This document shows positions 28,380-37,747 of a stretch of DNA of 64,000 bases, piece after piece. Source of the stretch: Bryobacterales bacterium (GTDB lineage Bacteria; Acidobacteriota; Terriglobia; Bryobacterales; UBA6623); contig OZ252099.1 in assembly GCA_965248305.1 (NCBI GenBank), positions 6,331,658 to 6,395,657 of the forward strand, in the 5' to 3' direction. A program made the translations under genes and the position numbers. Below the pieces are notes generated by a model. That model worked only from the letters and a program-made list of their open reading frames with translations. It was not told the origin of the DNA and searched no databases. Within the stretch, counting starts at the first letter, position 1. Every line of letters starts with the position of its first letter.

Positions 28380-28893
28380 GCATGCACCAGATGTCGCCGA
28401 CGAGGCGTTCCAAGCTGACTCTTGGAGGGGAGTTCGGATTCATCAGACGCATTCAATTCTGAAAATTGTGAACGACAAATTGTCTGAAATCTGGAACTTG
28501 CTCCTAGCGGCGCTGCTAAGCGCTTCCTTGGTGCGCTACTTCGTTATGCCTACAGTCCCGAGGGATCTTGGTCCGGGTTGGTTTGTGGTGCCGCGGGCTC
28601 CTAAGTCCTTCGTGGCTGCGCGACAAATTTCCGCACGTTATTAAACCGGGGCGGCTGGGCAGGTCCATTCGAGTGCGCCACCGCCCCAGCGAACTTGGTG
28701 CTCGCAGCCCCGTCTTTCGTTCGCAGTCCCCGCTGCGCGAAGGATGCTCAGGATTCGTTCTTTGTCCGCATTTTCGCGACTGCATTCCCCACGAAACATG
28801 TATTCTTGAGATCAACCCCAAAAAACCAGCGAAATCAATTTGACTTCGGGGCATTCCGGGCTGAACCTTAGAAGGCATAAGAGGAGGATCATC

Positions 28894-31800
28894 ATGCGCT
28901 CACGCGTTCTATTGATTTCATTGCTAATTTTGCTCACAGCAGCACCATTGCTGGCGCAGATCAACAGCGGGACAATTCTGGGCACGGTCCGGGACAGTCA
29001 GGGAGCTGTCATCCCAGGTGCGGATGTTGCGGTCACCAACACAGATCTGGGGGTGTCCGTCGACCTGAGCACGAACGAAGTCGGCGTGTTCCAGGCTTCC
29101 GGCCTTCGGCCGGGGCTTTACGAGGCGCGCGTCGAGTCCCCAGGGTTCAAGGTTGCAATCAGAGATGGGATTCAACTTGCGATCCAACAGCGTCTTGAAA
29201 TTGGGTTCACCCTTGAAGTTGGCGATATCACCCAAGAGGTCAAGATCGTTGCCGCCCCCGTGGACGTGGAAGCGGAGAGCGGCCAGCTGGGCACCGTCAT
29301 CACAGGGGATACGATTGCGGACCTGCCGCTGGACGGTCGTCGCTACTCCGACCTGATCCTGCTGAGTCCGGGCGCGGTCCCGGCCCCGGGAGCGGGGTCC
29401 AATCCCCGCGAAGCCAGAATCAACGTCGATGGCAACTTCTCGCTGCAGAACTACTTCGCCCTCAATGGGGTGGACAACAACACGTTCACGACCAACGCCC
29501 AGGAGCGCAGCCCGCAGGCGGTCCAGCCGCCCCCCGACGCGCTGCAATCGTTCAAGATCCAGACGCGGACGTACGACGCCGAGTTCGGCTGGAGCCAAGG
29601 TGCGGTCATCAATGCCGAGATCAAGTCGGGCGCCAACAACATCCATGGATCCGGCTGGTATTTTCATCGCAATGACAAGCTGAACGCCAACAACTTCTTC
29701 AACAACGCAGCTGGCGTGGAGCGCGGCGTCGAGAGCCGCAACCAATACGGATTCACCGTGGGCGGACCGGTCGCGCAGAATCGAACGTTCTTTTTTGCCG
29801 ATTATCAGCGCACGGACGCAAGCAAGGCCGGTGGCTCAAACGGCACGGTTCCAACGGCTCAGATGAAGCGCGGCGTTTTCACCGGGGACCGCGACCTAAA
29901 AATCACTCGCGATGCGAGCGGCCAGCCCTTCTATCCAGAGATCGTGCCTTGCGTGGACGAAGTTAACGATGTCCTCAATCTCACGGCGAACCGAACCGAC
30001 GGGCGGCCTTGCGCGGACGCTGCTGGCATGGCTCTGGTCGAGCTGTATCCGGAAGCCAACTCGGGGAAGTTCGGCTACCAGTCCGCTCTCGATGTGCCCT
30101 TGGAGCAGAACTCCTTCGATGTCAGGATCGACCACAATCTCTCTGACAAGGACGTCTTGTACGCGTCCTACAGCTTCCTCCAGACCGATACCATCGTCGA
30201 GCAGGGCCCGTTCCCCAATCCGCTGGCGACCGGCGGCTTCACCGCCAACAGCTATGTCCGCGGGCAACTCCTTGCGCTCACTTGGAATCGAATCTTCAGC
30301 CCGTCTGTATTTAACAGCCTTAGATTCGGATTCAATCAAATCTATTCGACGTCGGATCCGGTTGCCCCCGAGGGTGACGTCGGGCCCGAATACGGCTTGA
30401 ACTCGCTCCCTGGTACGTTCGCTTACGGTCTCCCTCCGATCCGCGTTGACGGCTACACGATTCTCGGAACCTCCGAGTGGAGGCCCCAGTTCCAGGTGTC
30501 GAAGGTCTTTCAGCTGCTGGACAACCTAAGCTGGATTAAGGGGAATCACTCGCTCAAGTTCGGGTTCGAGTACAAACGAGCCCTGAACGACTATCTGGAC
30601 GTCAGAGCGCCCAATGGCGCCCTACGTGTTCCCAATTGGTTTATCGGTGACGGAGTCGCCAACCTGCTGCTGGGCACGATTCGGGAAATCCGGTCCACCA
30701 CGGCGCTTGTGCCCGAAACCTACACCGACGGTGTGATGTTCTATGTCCAGGACGCGGTCAAGGCCAGTTCCAAGCTTACGCTCAACTACGGCGTCAGATA
30801 CGAGTACTTCACCCCGATGCTGGAAAAGAATGACCTGATGTCCAACTTCGATCCCAGCGCGAATGGTGGCAGGGGGGCGTTGATCACGGCCAATTCGAAT
30901 CTTGGTCAAGTCCCCTGCGACTTCGAATGCGTGCAGCCAGTTCGGGGAGACGGTATTTTCGGCAGGGCTCTGGTCAATCCCGACCGCAATAATCTGGCTC
31001 CCCGGTTGGGAGCGGCTTATCGCGTCTCGGACAGGACCGTCATCAGGGGCGGCTATGCGATCTTCTACCAAGCGATCGATCGGATAGGGAGTTCCGCCGC
31101 CCTTCCGCTGAATCCACCCCAGTTGATTGAATTCCGCGGCTTCAGAGCCTCGGCCTCCAGGCCGTCATCGGCGTTGCTGCGTGATCCTTTCCCTGCGGGC
31201 ACCAGCGTATTCAATCCCCAGACGATCGATCTCCGCAGCCGCAGCTTCGACGGCACGTCCCCCTGGTCTCAGCAGTACAGCTTCGGGTTCCAATTCCACC
31301 TTAAAGAGAACCATCTGATGGATATCTCGTACGTGGGTGGAGACTCCAACAGGATCCGCAAGCTCCAAGCCCTCAACCAGGGCTACGTGCATCCGGACGG
31401 GCAGGTGTCGCGGCCCTTCCCGGACTGGCCGCGGTTGAGCGACCATTTGGCCAGCAACGGCAACGCCAATTACAACGCCCTGCAGGTGAGCCTGCGACGC
31501 GCCATGAGCGGAGGCTTGGCCTTCAACATGAACTACACGTGGAGCAAGGCGCTGGGAGACACGCAGGACAATCTCTCTGGCGGAGCATCGGCTAATCTGG
31601 TCCGGCCTCAGAACGCCTATGACCTGAAAGCCGACTATGGACGGCTGGTCTTTGACCAGAACCATCGGTTCGTCATGAACTGGACGTGGCAAATCCCGTT
31701 CGGAAGCGACGGGTCCGCGCGGCACCTCTTGGGCGGCTGGCAATTCAACGGCATCTGGAGCTCGACTTCTGGCACGCCTATCGGGATCAGCGGCCCCGAC

Positions 31801-32178
31801 CGCAGCGGAACGGATAGCCAGAACGCTCGTGCAGACTGTGTCGGTGACCCGCAGGGACCCAGGACCGTCGAGCAATTCTTCAACACAAGCGCTTTCGCTC
31901 CGGCTCAGTTCGGGACATTCGGCAACTGCGGAGTTGCCAGCTTGAGCGGCTGGCCACATCACAACATGGACCTTTCCCTGTTCAAGAATTTCGGCTTGGG
32001 TTTCAGCGAAGACGCCAAGGTGCAGATCCGGTGGGAGTTCTTCAACGCCTTCAACACGCCGCAGTTCGGCAATCCGAATCGGAGCGTGACCAATGGTCGG
32101 TTCGGCCGAACGACCGGTGTCTTGGATCCGCAGAGAGAAGGCCGCGTGATCCAGTTAGGACTGAAGTTCATCTTCTAG
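28894..32178 (+). CDS. TonB-dependent outer-membrane receptor with CarboxypepD_reg domain (paralogue type of 7..3477)
   Basis: ATG at 28894 after a GAGGAGG RBS. Signal MRSRVLLISLLILLTAAPLLAQ, then GTILGTVRDSQGAVIPGADVAVTN..GLYEARVESPGFK. Barrel ends ..RVIQLGLKFIF. Confidence 0.9.
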   Translation: MRSRVLLISLLILLTAAPLLAQINSGTILGTVRDSQGAVIPGADVAVTNTDLGVSVDLSTNEVGVFQASGLRPGLYEARVESPGFKVAIRDGIQLAIQQRLEIGFTLEVGDITQEVKIVAAPVDVEAESGQLGTVITGDTIADLPLDGRRYSDLILLSPGAVPAPGAGSNPREARINVDGNFSLQNYFALNGVDNNTFTTNAQERSPQAVQPPPDALQSFKIQTRTYDAEFGWSQGAVINAEIKSGANNIHGSGWYFHRNDKLNANNFFNNAAGVERGVESRNQYGFTVGGPVAQNRTFFFADYQRTDASKAGGSNGTVPTAQMKRGVFTGDRDLKITRDASGQPFYPEIVPCVDEVNDVLNLTANRTDGRPCADAAGMALVELYPEANSGKFGYQSALDVPLEQNSFDVRIDHNLSDKDVLYASYSFLQTDTIVEQGPFPNPLATGGFTANSYVRGQLLALTWNRIFSPSVFNSLRFGFNQIYSTSDPVAPEGDVGPEYGLNSLPGTFAYGLPPIRVDGYTILGTSEWRPQFQVSKVFQLLDNLSWIKGNHSLKFGFEYKRALNDYLDVRAPNGALRVPNWFIGDGVANLLLGTIREIRSTTALVPETYTDGVMFYVQDAVKASSKLTLNYGVRYEYFTPMLEKNDLMSNFDPSANGGRGALITANSNLGQVPCDFECVQPVRGDGIFGRALVNPDRNNLAPRLGAAYRVSDRTVIRGGYAIFYQAIDRIGSSAALPLNPPQLIEFRGFRASASRPSSALLRDPFPAGTSVFNPQTIDLRSRSFDGTSPWSQQYSFGFQFHLKENHLMDISYVGGDSNRIRKLQALNQGYVHPDGQVSRPFPDWPRLSDHLASNGNANYNALQVSLRRAMSGGLAFNMNYTWSKALGDTQDNLSGGASANLVRPQNAYDLKADYGRLVFDQNHRFVMNWTWQIPFGSDGSARHLLGGWQFNGIWSSTSGTPIGISGPDRSGTDSQNARADCVGDPQGPRTVEQFFNTSAFAPAQFGTFGNCGVASLSGWPHHNMDLSLFKNFGLGFSEDAKVQIRWEFFNAFNTPQFGNPNRSVTNGRFGRTTGVLDPQREGRVIQLGLKFIF

Positions 32179-32186
32179 CTGACGTT

Positions 32187-32221
32187 GCAGCGGGCGGGCC
32201 GTCGCGAGGCCCGCCCGCTGC
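32187..32221 (+). terminator. GC-rich hairpin after the second TonB-dependent receptor (probable terminator, no U-tract)
   Basis: GCAGCGGGCGGGCC-gtcgcga-GGCCCGCCCGCTGC, a perfect 14-bp stem starting 9 nt after the stop. Confidence 0.45.
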
Positions 32222-32425
32222 CAGCACCGCAACAGGCACCTGTAGTCCGGTGACGTTCGTTGTGCAGTGCATCCCATAAGTGGCTGATTAGTAGTCAGTT
32301 ATTACTCATTTCGGACACCTCAGCCAGTCAGAACGCCTTGCGAGATCCGCGCCCTTCCCGGATGCAATAGGGGAATCGAAAGCGGAAACCACACGGGGCA
32401 CACAACGCGAAGAACCAAGCCCCGT

Positions 32426-32713
32426 GGCCGCCATCCCGACAAGGCCCTCTCGGACGCCTTCGTCCGCTCCACCCGGCAGGCACTGCGACGCAACGGCTTG
32501 TACCTCTTCGTCCAGCCCTGCGGAACCCGTAGGTGTGTCCAGCGCCTCGTCATCCGAGGCCGGAAACGCAAACTCGGACTCGGCAGCACGGCGCTGGTTT
32601 CGCTCGCCGACAAGCGCCCGGTCCGGAGTGTTCCCACGTTCGCCGACACCGCAACCGCCTTGGTCGAGCAGAAGCGATCCGGCTGGCGCAACCCCGAGCA
32701 GACAAGGGACTGG
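32426..32713 (+). pseudogene. N-terminal remnant of a P4-type tyrosine integrase (arm-binding DUF4102-like region)
   Basis: GRHPDKALSDAFVRSTRQALRRNGLYLFVQPCGTRRCVQRLVIRGRKRKLGLGSTALVSLADKR..VPTFADTATALVEQKRSGWRNPEQTRDW matches the conserved start of DUF4102/phage-integrase proteins. It has no start codon, an internal gap, and loses similarity after RDW. The catalytic domain is absent. Confidence 0.7.
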
Positions 32714-32847
32714 CGTTGGAAAAGGCCATCGTCACGTGTAAGCCGGGCAGCAATCGAAAGGCTGGTTTGCGCTTACATGTCGACGCGACGCGGTGACAGC
32801 GGGTCGGCCTGCAACTCCCGATTTCCTACAGTGGTCCCCAGTGGGCG

Positions 32848-33264
32848 TCAGTCGACAGGACGTGGACGCCACTGCGACGCGACCGCCAGCTCCTGTGCGT
32901 GTCGAGTCTGCTCTTCCCGATCCATCTTGGCGAAATCTGGCAGCACGATGTCGCCATGATACGGATTCCTCTTGGGTATGGGCGTGGCCACCACGTCGCG
33001 GCCGTTTCGGCGCGCCACTCCGGCGTCCACTGCCGCCCAACCGTAGAACGTGCGACAGCGCTCCGCAGCGGCGGCCTCCGCCAAGGCAAGAACCTCGGAT
33101 TGCGGTGCCACGCTGAGCTTGTCGACGGAGATGCGGGTCTCGCCCTGCCTGGTCAGGAAGACATGGTGCGGAATGGTTGACCGCAGAGCGCGGTTGGCAT
33201 GCCTCTGCGAAAAGACACTCCATCCCAGCTCTTCATCAAAACCGATTTTCGGGGAAATGCTCAC
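32848..33264 (-). CDS. Hypothetical protein (138 aa), downstream partner of a coupled ORF pair
   Basis: The GTG start overlaps the upstream stop (GTGA). The sequence is protein-like (..RISVDKLSVAPQSEVLALAEAAAAERCRTFYGWAAVDAGVARRNGRDVVATPIPKRNPYHGDIVLPDF..). I could not name a family. Confidence 0.5.
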   Translation of the reverse strand: MSISPKIGFDEELGWSVFSQRHANRALRSTIPHHVFLTRQGETRISVDKLSVAPQSEVLALAEAAAAERCRTFYGWAAVDAGVARRNGRDVVATPIPKRNPYHGDIVLPDFAKMDREEQTRHAQELAVASQWRPRPVD

Positions 33265-33617
33265 GAAGCCTGATCCGGGAAGTCCAGATCACCGAGGGCT
33301 TCCCGGACGAAGCCGTCGGGCAGCGTGGCGGCGGTGGAGTACCGGGCGCGGCGATGCTGGCCGCTCAGGTTGACCGAGCACAGGACACCGCCGTCCGAGT
33401 CGCACAGCACGAGCACCGACTGCCCTCGCCCGCCCGGCGCGACGAGGGCAGTCTCCCCGTCCGGCGTCGGATACACTTCCAAGCGGGAGGGGCGAAGCCT
33501 GTAGAGATCCTGTAGCAGGAATCTAGCGTTCTTCAGCGCCAATTGGGACGGTTGCGGGAAGCCCTCCTCCCGTGCTTCCTCGGCTGCACCTTCGAGATCG
33601 CACAAGGAGGCGCTCAA
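33261..33617 (-). CDS. Hypothetical protein (about 115 aa), upstream partner of a coupled ORF pair
   Basis: Only TTG starts are available (33617 or 33605). The sequence ..FPQPSQLALKNARFLLQDLYRLRPSRLEVYPTPDGETALVAPGGRGQSVLVLCDSDGGVLCSVNL.. is protein-like. 4-nt overlap with the downstream ORF. Confidence 0.45.
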   Translation of the reverse strand: MSASLCDLEGAAEEAREEGFPQPSQLALKNARFLLQDLYRLRPSRLEVYPTPDGETALVAPGGRGQSVLVLCDSDGGVLCSVNLSGQHRRARYSTAATLPDGFVREALGDLDFPDQAS

Positions 33618-33897
33618 TTCTCGGCGGCCGGTGGCGGCTCGGCCGAAGTGACCACCGCCTGGCTCTGTCCCGGCGGCAGTACGAGGGAGAAGAACGCTAG
33701 CTGCAACAGTTGGGACGGTTGCTGTATGTCCAAGCTCAAGACATTATCGAGCATCTGGGTCTCTTGAGGAGGGGGACCACTGAGTCGTCGCCAGAATTCG
33801 GCTGCCCCTGCGTTCGTTGGCAGCAGCGGGTCCTGTGGGCTCCTGACGATCATCTGGCCGATCGCGCCGGGGTTAGCCGCGTGCGGCTGACCCCTTC

Positions 33898-34158
33898 TCA
33901 GCCATCGTTCATTCTATCCAACGACGCGTGAGGTTGTGCATCTGATTTCTGGTTCTGCCAGCCCTTTTTCTGACCGTTTCTGACGGGTTCTGCTCTCGCT
34001 TTCTCCAATAAACAGGAATTCAACACTCCGATGAGCTTCGCCTTCGCGGCTCCCCACGCCTTCCACGGGACCAGTATCGGCCCCGCCATCGCCCCGATAC
34101 CGCTGGCGGCATATTTCACGAGCAGGTCGAACGCAGGGACCTTCAGGTTCACATCCAT
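33898..34158 (-). CDS. Small hypothetical ORF (86 aa), possibly an N-terminal fragment
   Basis: ATG at 34158 preceded by GGAAGGG. MDVNLKVPAFDLLVKYAASGIGAMAGPILVPWKAWGAAKAKLI.. in a locally lower-GC stretch. It resembles the N-termini of DUF2806-like proteins from memory only. Confidence 0.3.
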   Translation of the reverse strand: MDVNLKVPAFDLLVKYAASGIGAMAGPILVPWKAWGAAKAKLIGVLNSCLLEKARAEPVRNGQKKGWQNQKSDAQPHASLDRMNDG

Positions 34159-34388
34159 CGTCGTTAGGACCCTTCCACGTTCATCAGCCGCCGCCGGAAT
34201 TCGTAGAGCAACGCTTCGACCTGCACGAGAGCTTCGCCGCAGTCGAGCGGTCCGGCCCCCATATCTTGGGTATCTTAGCGGAGTTGAACGGCATAGCAGC
34301 CCGTTGAAAAAGTCGGGTCTTTGATGGCGGAAGCGGGTTGGGGCTTCCAAGGCCATCCGTAGAGTCTCAGGCCGCGACCGAGTGAATT

Positions 34389-35040
34389 TCACGCGAGTTT
34401 CGCAGCAATCGCGCCACAAGGCCCGGAAACGGGCCGGAATTGCGCGAAATGGCCGTTTTGAGCGCCGATAACAGCAAGGCTCGCTCCGCTCCCTTGCAGG
34501 CTTCGTGGCGTACCGATCCCCGTCAGGGACCGCATTAACACGCCCAGATTGTAGCCGCACGCGTGGATCAGCACCCGCTTCTCCACATTCGCGCGCCCCC
34601 GTAGCCAGACCCGTCGCAGCCCCCCCGTCGCGTACATGTGGGCCATTGACCGCTCGGCCTTCTCCGTCCGCAGCTTCGCCAGGGCCTTGCCCTGCAAGCT
34701 GGCCGCCCGCTCCTGATTCCGCTCGTACCACTGCTGCGCGGCCGGCTTGCCCTTCCAGTTGCGCTGCTGCCGTTGCGGCTCCGCACCCGTCGCCGCTACC
34801 CGCTCCAGCGTCGCGTCGCTGTGATAGCCCTTGTTCAGCACCACCTTCTGGGGCGCTTGCCCCTGGGCTGCCTCCACCGCTGCCAGCGTCTTGGGCAGAC
34901 TCTGTGGGTCGCCCAGATCGGCTCTCTGCACCGTCACCGCCACCAGCGCTCCGCTGTCCAAGTCCACCGCATGCTCGGCTTTGTAGGCCAGTAGGGCCCC
35001 CGCGTCGTACCGTCGCGGACCATTCGGGGTTGAAACACGC
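34389..35040 (-). pseudogene. C-terminal fragment of an IS5/IS1182-type DDE transposase
   Basis: ..LAYKAEHAVDLDSGALVAVTVQRAD..VVLNKGYHSD..EKAERSMAHMYATGGLRRVWLRGRANVEKRVLIHACGYNLGVLMRSLTGIGTPRSLQG.. carries the DDE-region and YREK-like hallmarks. The N-terminal half is absent. Confidence 0.7.
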
Positions 35041-35330
35041 CTCCTCGCGTATCATCAGTGGTAGGCGGGGGCCCGGCAGTCACGCCCCCTTCAGTCATTC
35101 GTGCCCATGCCCCAAGGCCAGTCTGGGTCCGAGCGGGCCATCATTCATTGGCGAGGCCTCCCCGGAGGCTCTCCCCCAAGCCAGAGTCCACAGTTCACGC
35201 CACCTCGGGCCGGCGCCGCCCGCCCCTGAGCCCCGCTCAGGCACAGCACGGGACTCCGCCACGGGCCGTCACAGCCCGTGGGGTGGGGGGGTGGTCTGCC
35301 CGCCGGCCCTCAAAAGCGCCGCAGGTGTTT

Positions 35331-35417
35331 CAAGCGGCTGAAGGGCTTCCTAGAGGGCGACTACGTGTTGGTTCTCGGTTTATTCCGGCCCAAAACGGCC
35401 ATTTTTTCTCGAAATAA
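35331..35417 (+). pseudogene. Second short tail fragment of the same transposase family, in opposite orientation
   Basis: QAAEGLPRGRLRVGSRFIPAQNGHFFSK-stop parallels ..GIGTPRSLQGSGASLAVIGAQNGHFAQF.. of the 34389-35040 fragment. The shared DNA core is CAAAACGGCCATTT. Confidence 0.4.
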
Positions 35418-35600
35418 TTTGGCCGATGATTACATGTAGATCAGAATATTCTGACAACGATCATGACATCGGAGTGCTCGCAAGTACCGTTTCTACAGCG
35501 CATTCAAGTAGGATCCGCCGCACTACTTCTTTCGGCAGGAGCAAATAGTGTGAGAATTGATGATTCCCTACCGCCGGATTAATCCGGGGATTTTACATCT

Positions 35601-36002
35601 GTGCAAACTGAGCGCCTACACTACGAACGCCTCATCCAGCAGATTGCTGGCACCGTTGCACCTGACGCTTCCGCCGAACCCGCCACAGTCGGTGCCGTTC
35701 GTGTCACCCCAAATACGCTGACCGAAGCGTCCAATCTGCTCGCGCAGCATCAGGAGCCGGAACGCTCCCGGTTCTTCGAGCCGCTCGGGGTTCTCATCGA
35801 GAACAGCAAGGAAATCGTCGTTGCCAGCGTGGAAGGCTCCCGAACCGCCGCGTTCGCGAGACTCGGACTGACCGACGCCGCACTCTTGGAGGTCGCGTCG
35901 CCAGAAACTCCCCCGCTTACTGTCGACGTCAACTTGTACCACGCGGTTGCGAAGCGGGGTCACCGGGCGGCTGTGAATTTCCGCCATCTACTGCCCCTGT
36001 GA
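35601..36002 (+). CDS. Hypothetical protein (133 aa), possibly the C-terminal part of a PIN-like nuclease
   Basis: GTG start after an AT-rich stretch. ..FARLGLTDAALLEVASPETPPLTVDVNLYHAVAKRGHRAAVNFRHL resembles the LTxD end of PIN-type toxins, but no N-terminal acidic motif is visible. Confidence 0.35.
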   Translation: MQTERLHYERLIQQIAGTVAPDASAEPATVGAVRVTPNTLTEASNLLAQHQEPERSRFFEPLGVLIENSKEIVVASVEGSRTAAFARLGLTDAALLEVASPETPPLTVDVNLYHAVAKRGHRAAVNFRHLLPL

Positions 36003-36017
36003 CATTACCGACACGAG

Positions 36018-36167
36018 TCACGGCGCCCAGCCGGCAGACAGGATCTCAGCCTGCTCCAGCACCGTCCGCGTGGCTGCCTCCTGCCTATCCGGCGGATAGC
36101 CGTACTTCCGCAGGACGCGCGTCACGGATGCACGAGATTCACCCATGATCCACTCGACCGGGCAGCT
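36018..36167 (-). pseudogene. C-terminal tail remnant of a type I restriction enzyme R subunit (HsdR)
   Basis: ..[40 protein letters not shown]-stop is the characteristic HsdR C-terminal (DUF3387-type) ending. The open frame is only 49 codons. Confidence 0.6.
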
Positions 36168-36285
36168 TCAAATCCGGTACAGGAACCGTCTCGAATCGGG
36201 GATTCTTCATCAACCTGCTAAGCGCCGCCGACTCACGTGATTGACGGGGACTGAGCAGCCGTCCGAAAATCGATCAGAGGAACCT

Positions 36286-37584
36286 ATGGCAGCGACGCTT
36301 GAAAGCTTCTTCAGTCTGGCCCAGCGCGGCACTGACGTGCGGACAGAGGTGAGGGCGGGTGTGACGACATTCCTGACGATGGCCTATATCGCCTTCGTCA
36401 ACCCCCAGATCCTCTCCGAGGCTGGCATGCCGTTCGACGCGGTGTTCGTTGCCACCTGTCTGTCCGCTGCGTTCAGCACCCTGGTGATGGGGCTGTACGC
36501 CAACTACCCGATCGCGCTGGCCCCGGGCATGGGACTCAACGCGTTCTTCGCTTACGGTGTCGTCCTCGGTCTGGGCCACACCTGGGAGGTCGCGCTCGGC
36601 GCGGTCTTCGTCTCGGGTGTGCTGTTCCTGATCCTCAGCATACTGCCGGTGCGACGCTGGATCATCGAAGCGATCCCCCAAGGACTGAAACTGGCCATCG
36701 TGGCCGGGATTGGCCTCTTGCTTGGGGTCATCGCGTTGCGCAACGCCGGCATCATCCAAGCCGGCGAAGCGACACTGGTCACCGCCGGTGAGTTGATGAC
36801 GCCTGGGCCGGTGTTGTCCCTGCTCGGTTTCTGCACAATCGTGGCGCTGTCGGCGCGCCGTGTGCCCGGCGCTGCGATCATCGGGATGCTGGGTGTCGCC
36901 GGTGCCGGTCTCGCTCTCGGTGTCTCTGAGTGGCAGGGCATCGTGTCGCTACCACCTGATCCGACGCCGACGCTGCTGGCCCTAGACATCGCAGGGGCGC
37001 TGCAGGCGGGCATGATTGTGGTCATCCTAGCGTTCCTCATGGTCGACTTGTTCGACACGACCGGGACGCTCATCGGTGTCGCACACCAGGCGCAGCTTCT
37101 GGACGAAGGCGGACGTCTACCGGGCATGCAAAGAGCGCTGATCGCCGATTCGACGGGCACGATAGGCGGCGCCCTGCTCGGCACCTCCCCGGTGACGAGC
37201 TACATCGAGAGCGCAACGGGTGCCAGCGCAGGTGGGCGTACGGGTCTGACCGCAGTTGTGGTCGCCGGGCTGTTTCTCTCCTGCCTTTTTCTCGCGCCGC
37301 TGGCCGGGTCCATACCACCCCAGGCGACGGCAGCAGCCATCCTGTATGTCGCATGTCTTATGGTGCGACCACTGGCAGAGCTGGACTGGCGCGACGTCAC
37401 CGAGGCCGCCCCCGCCGTCATGACCGGGATCGCCATCCCGTTGACGTTCTCGATTGCCGACGGTCTCGGCCTCGGCTTGCTCACCTACGTCTTGATCAAG
37501 GTGTTAGCGGGACGCCGGGGTGAGTGTTCGCCGACATTAATCGCGGTGGCATTGCTCTTCGCCGTGAAGTTCGCCTGGCTGTAA
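36286..37584 (+). CDS. NCS2-family purine (adenine/guanine/hypoxanthine, AzgA/PurP-like) permease
   Basis: ATG at 36286 after AGAGGA. FSLAQRGTDVRTEVRAGVTTFLTMAYIAFVNPQILSEAGM.., many TM helices, ..SYIESATGASAGGRTGLTAVV.. Confidence 0.9.
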   Translation: MAATLESFFSLAQRGTDVRTEVRAGVTTFLTMAYIAFVNPQILSEAGMPFDAVFVATCLSAAFSTLVMGLYANYPIALAPGMGLNAFFAYGVVLGLGHTWEVALGAVFVSGVLFLILSILPVRRWIIEAIPQGLKLAIVAGIGLLLGVIALRNAGIIQAGEATLVTAGELMTPGPVLSLLGFCTIVALSARRVPGAAIIGMLGVAGAGLALGVSEWQGIVSLPPDPTPTLLALDIAGALQAGMIVVILAFLMVDLFDTTGTLIGVAHQAQLLDEGGRLPGMQRALIADSTGTIGGALLGTSPVTSYIESATGASAGGRTGLTAVVVAGLFLSCLFLAPLAGSIPPQATAAAILYVACLMVRPLAELDWRDVTEAAPAVMTGIAIPLTFSIADGLGLGLLTYVLIKVLAGRRGECSPTLIAVALLFAVKFAWL

Positions 37585-37747
37585 CGACATTCCCGAAAGG
37601 TGGAATCAAGGCCGCCGCCGACCCCGACGAGGGTGTCTGCTTACACCCCCTGCCGATGCCCCTGGTGCGGTCGCTCCCGTCGAAATGTTTCCTCGCGGGA
37701 AGGCCGTGTCCGCTGTCACCGTTGACACGAGGCGCGTTCACAGAGAG

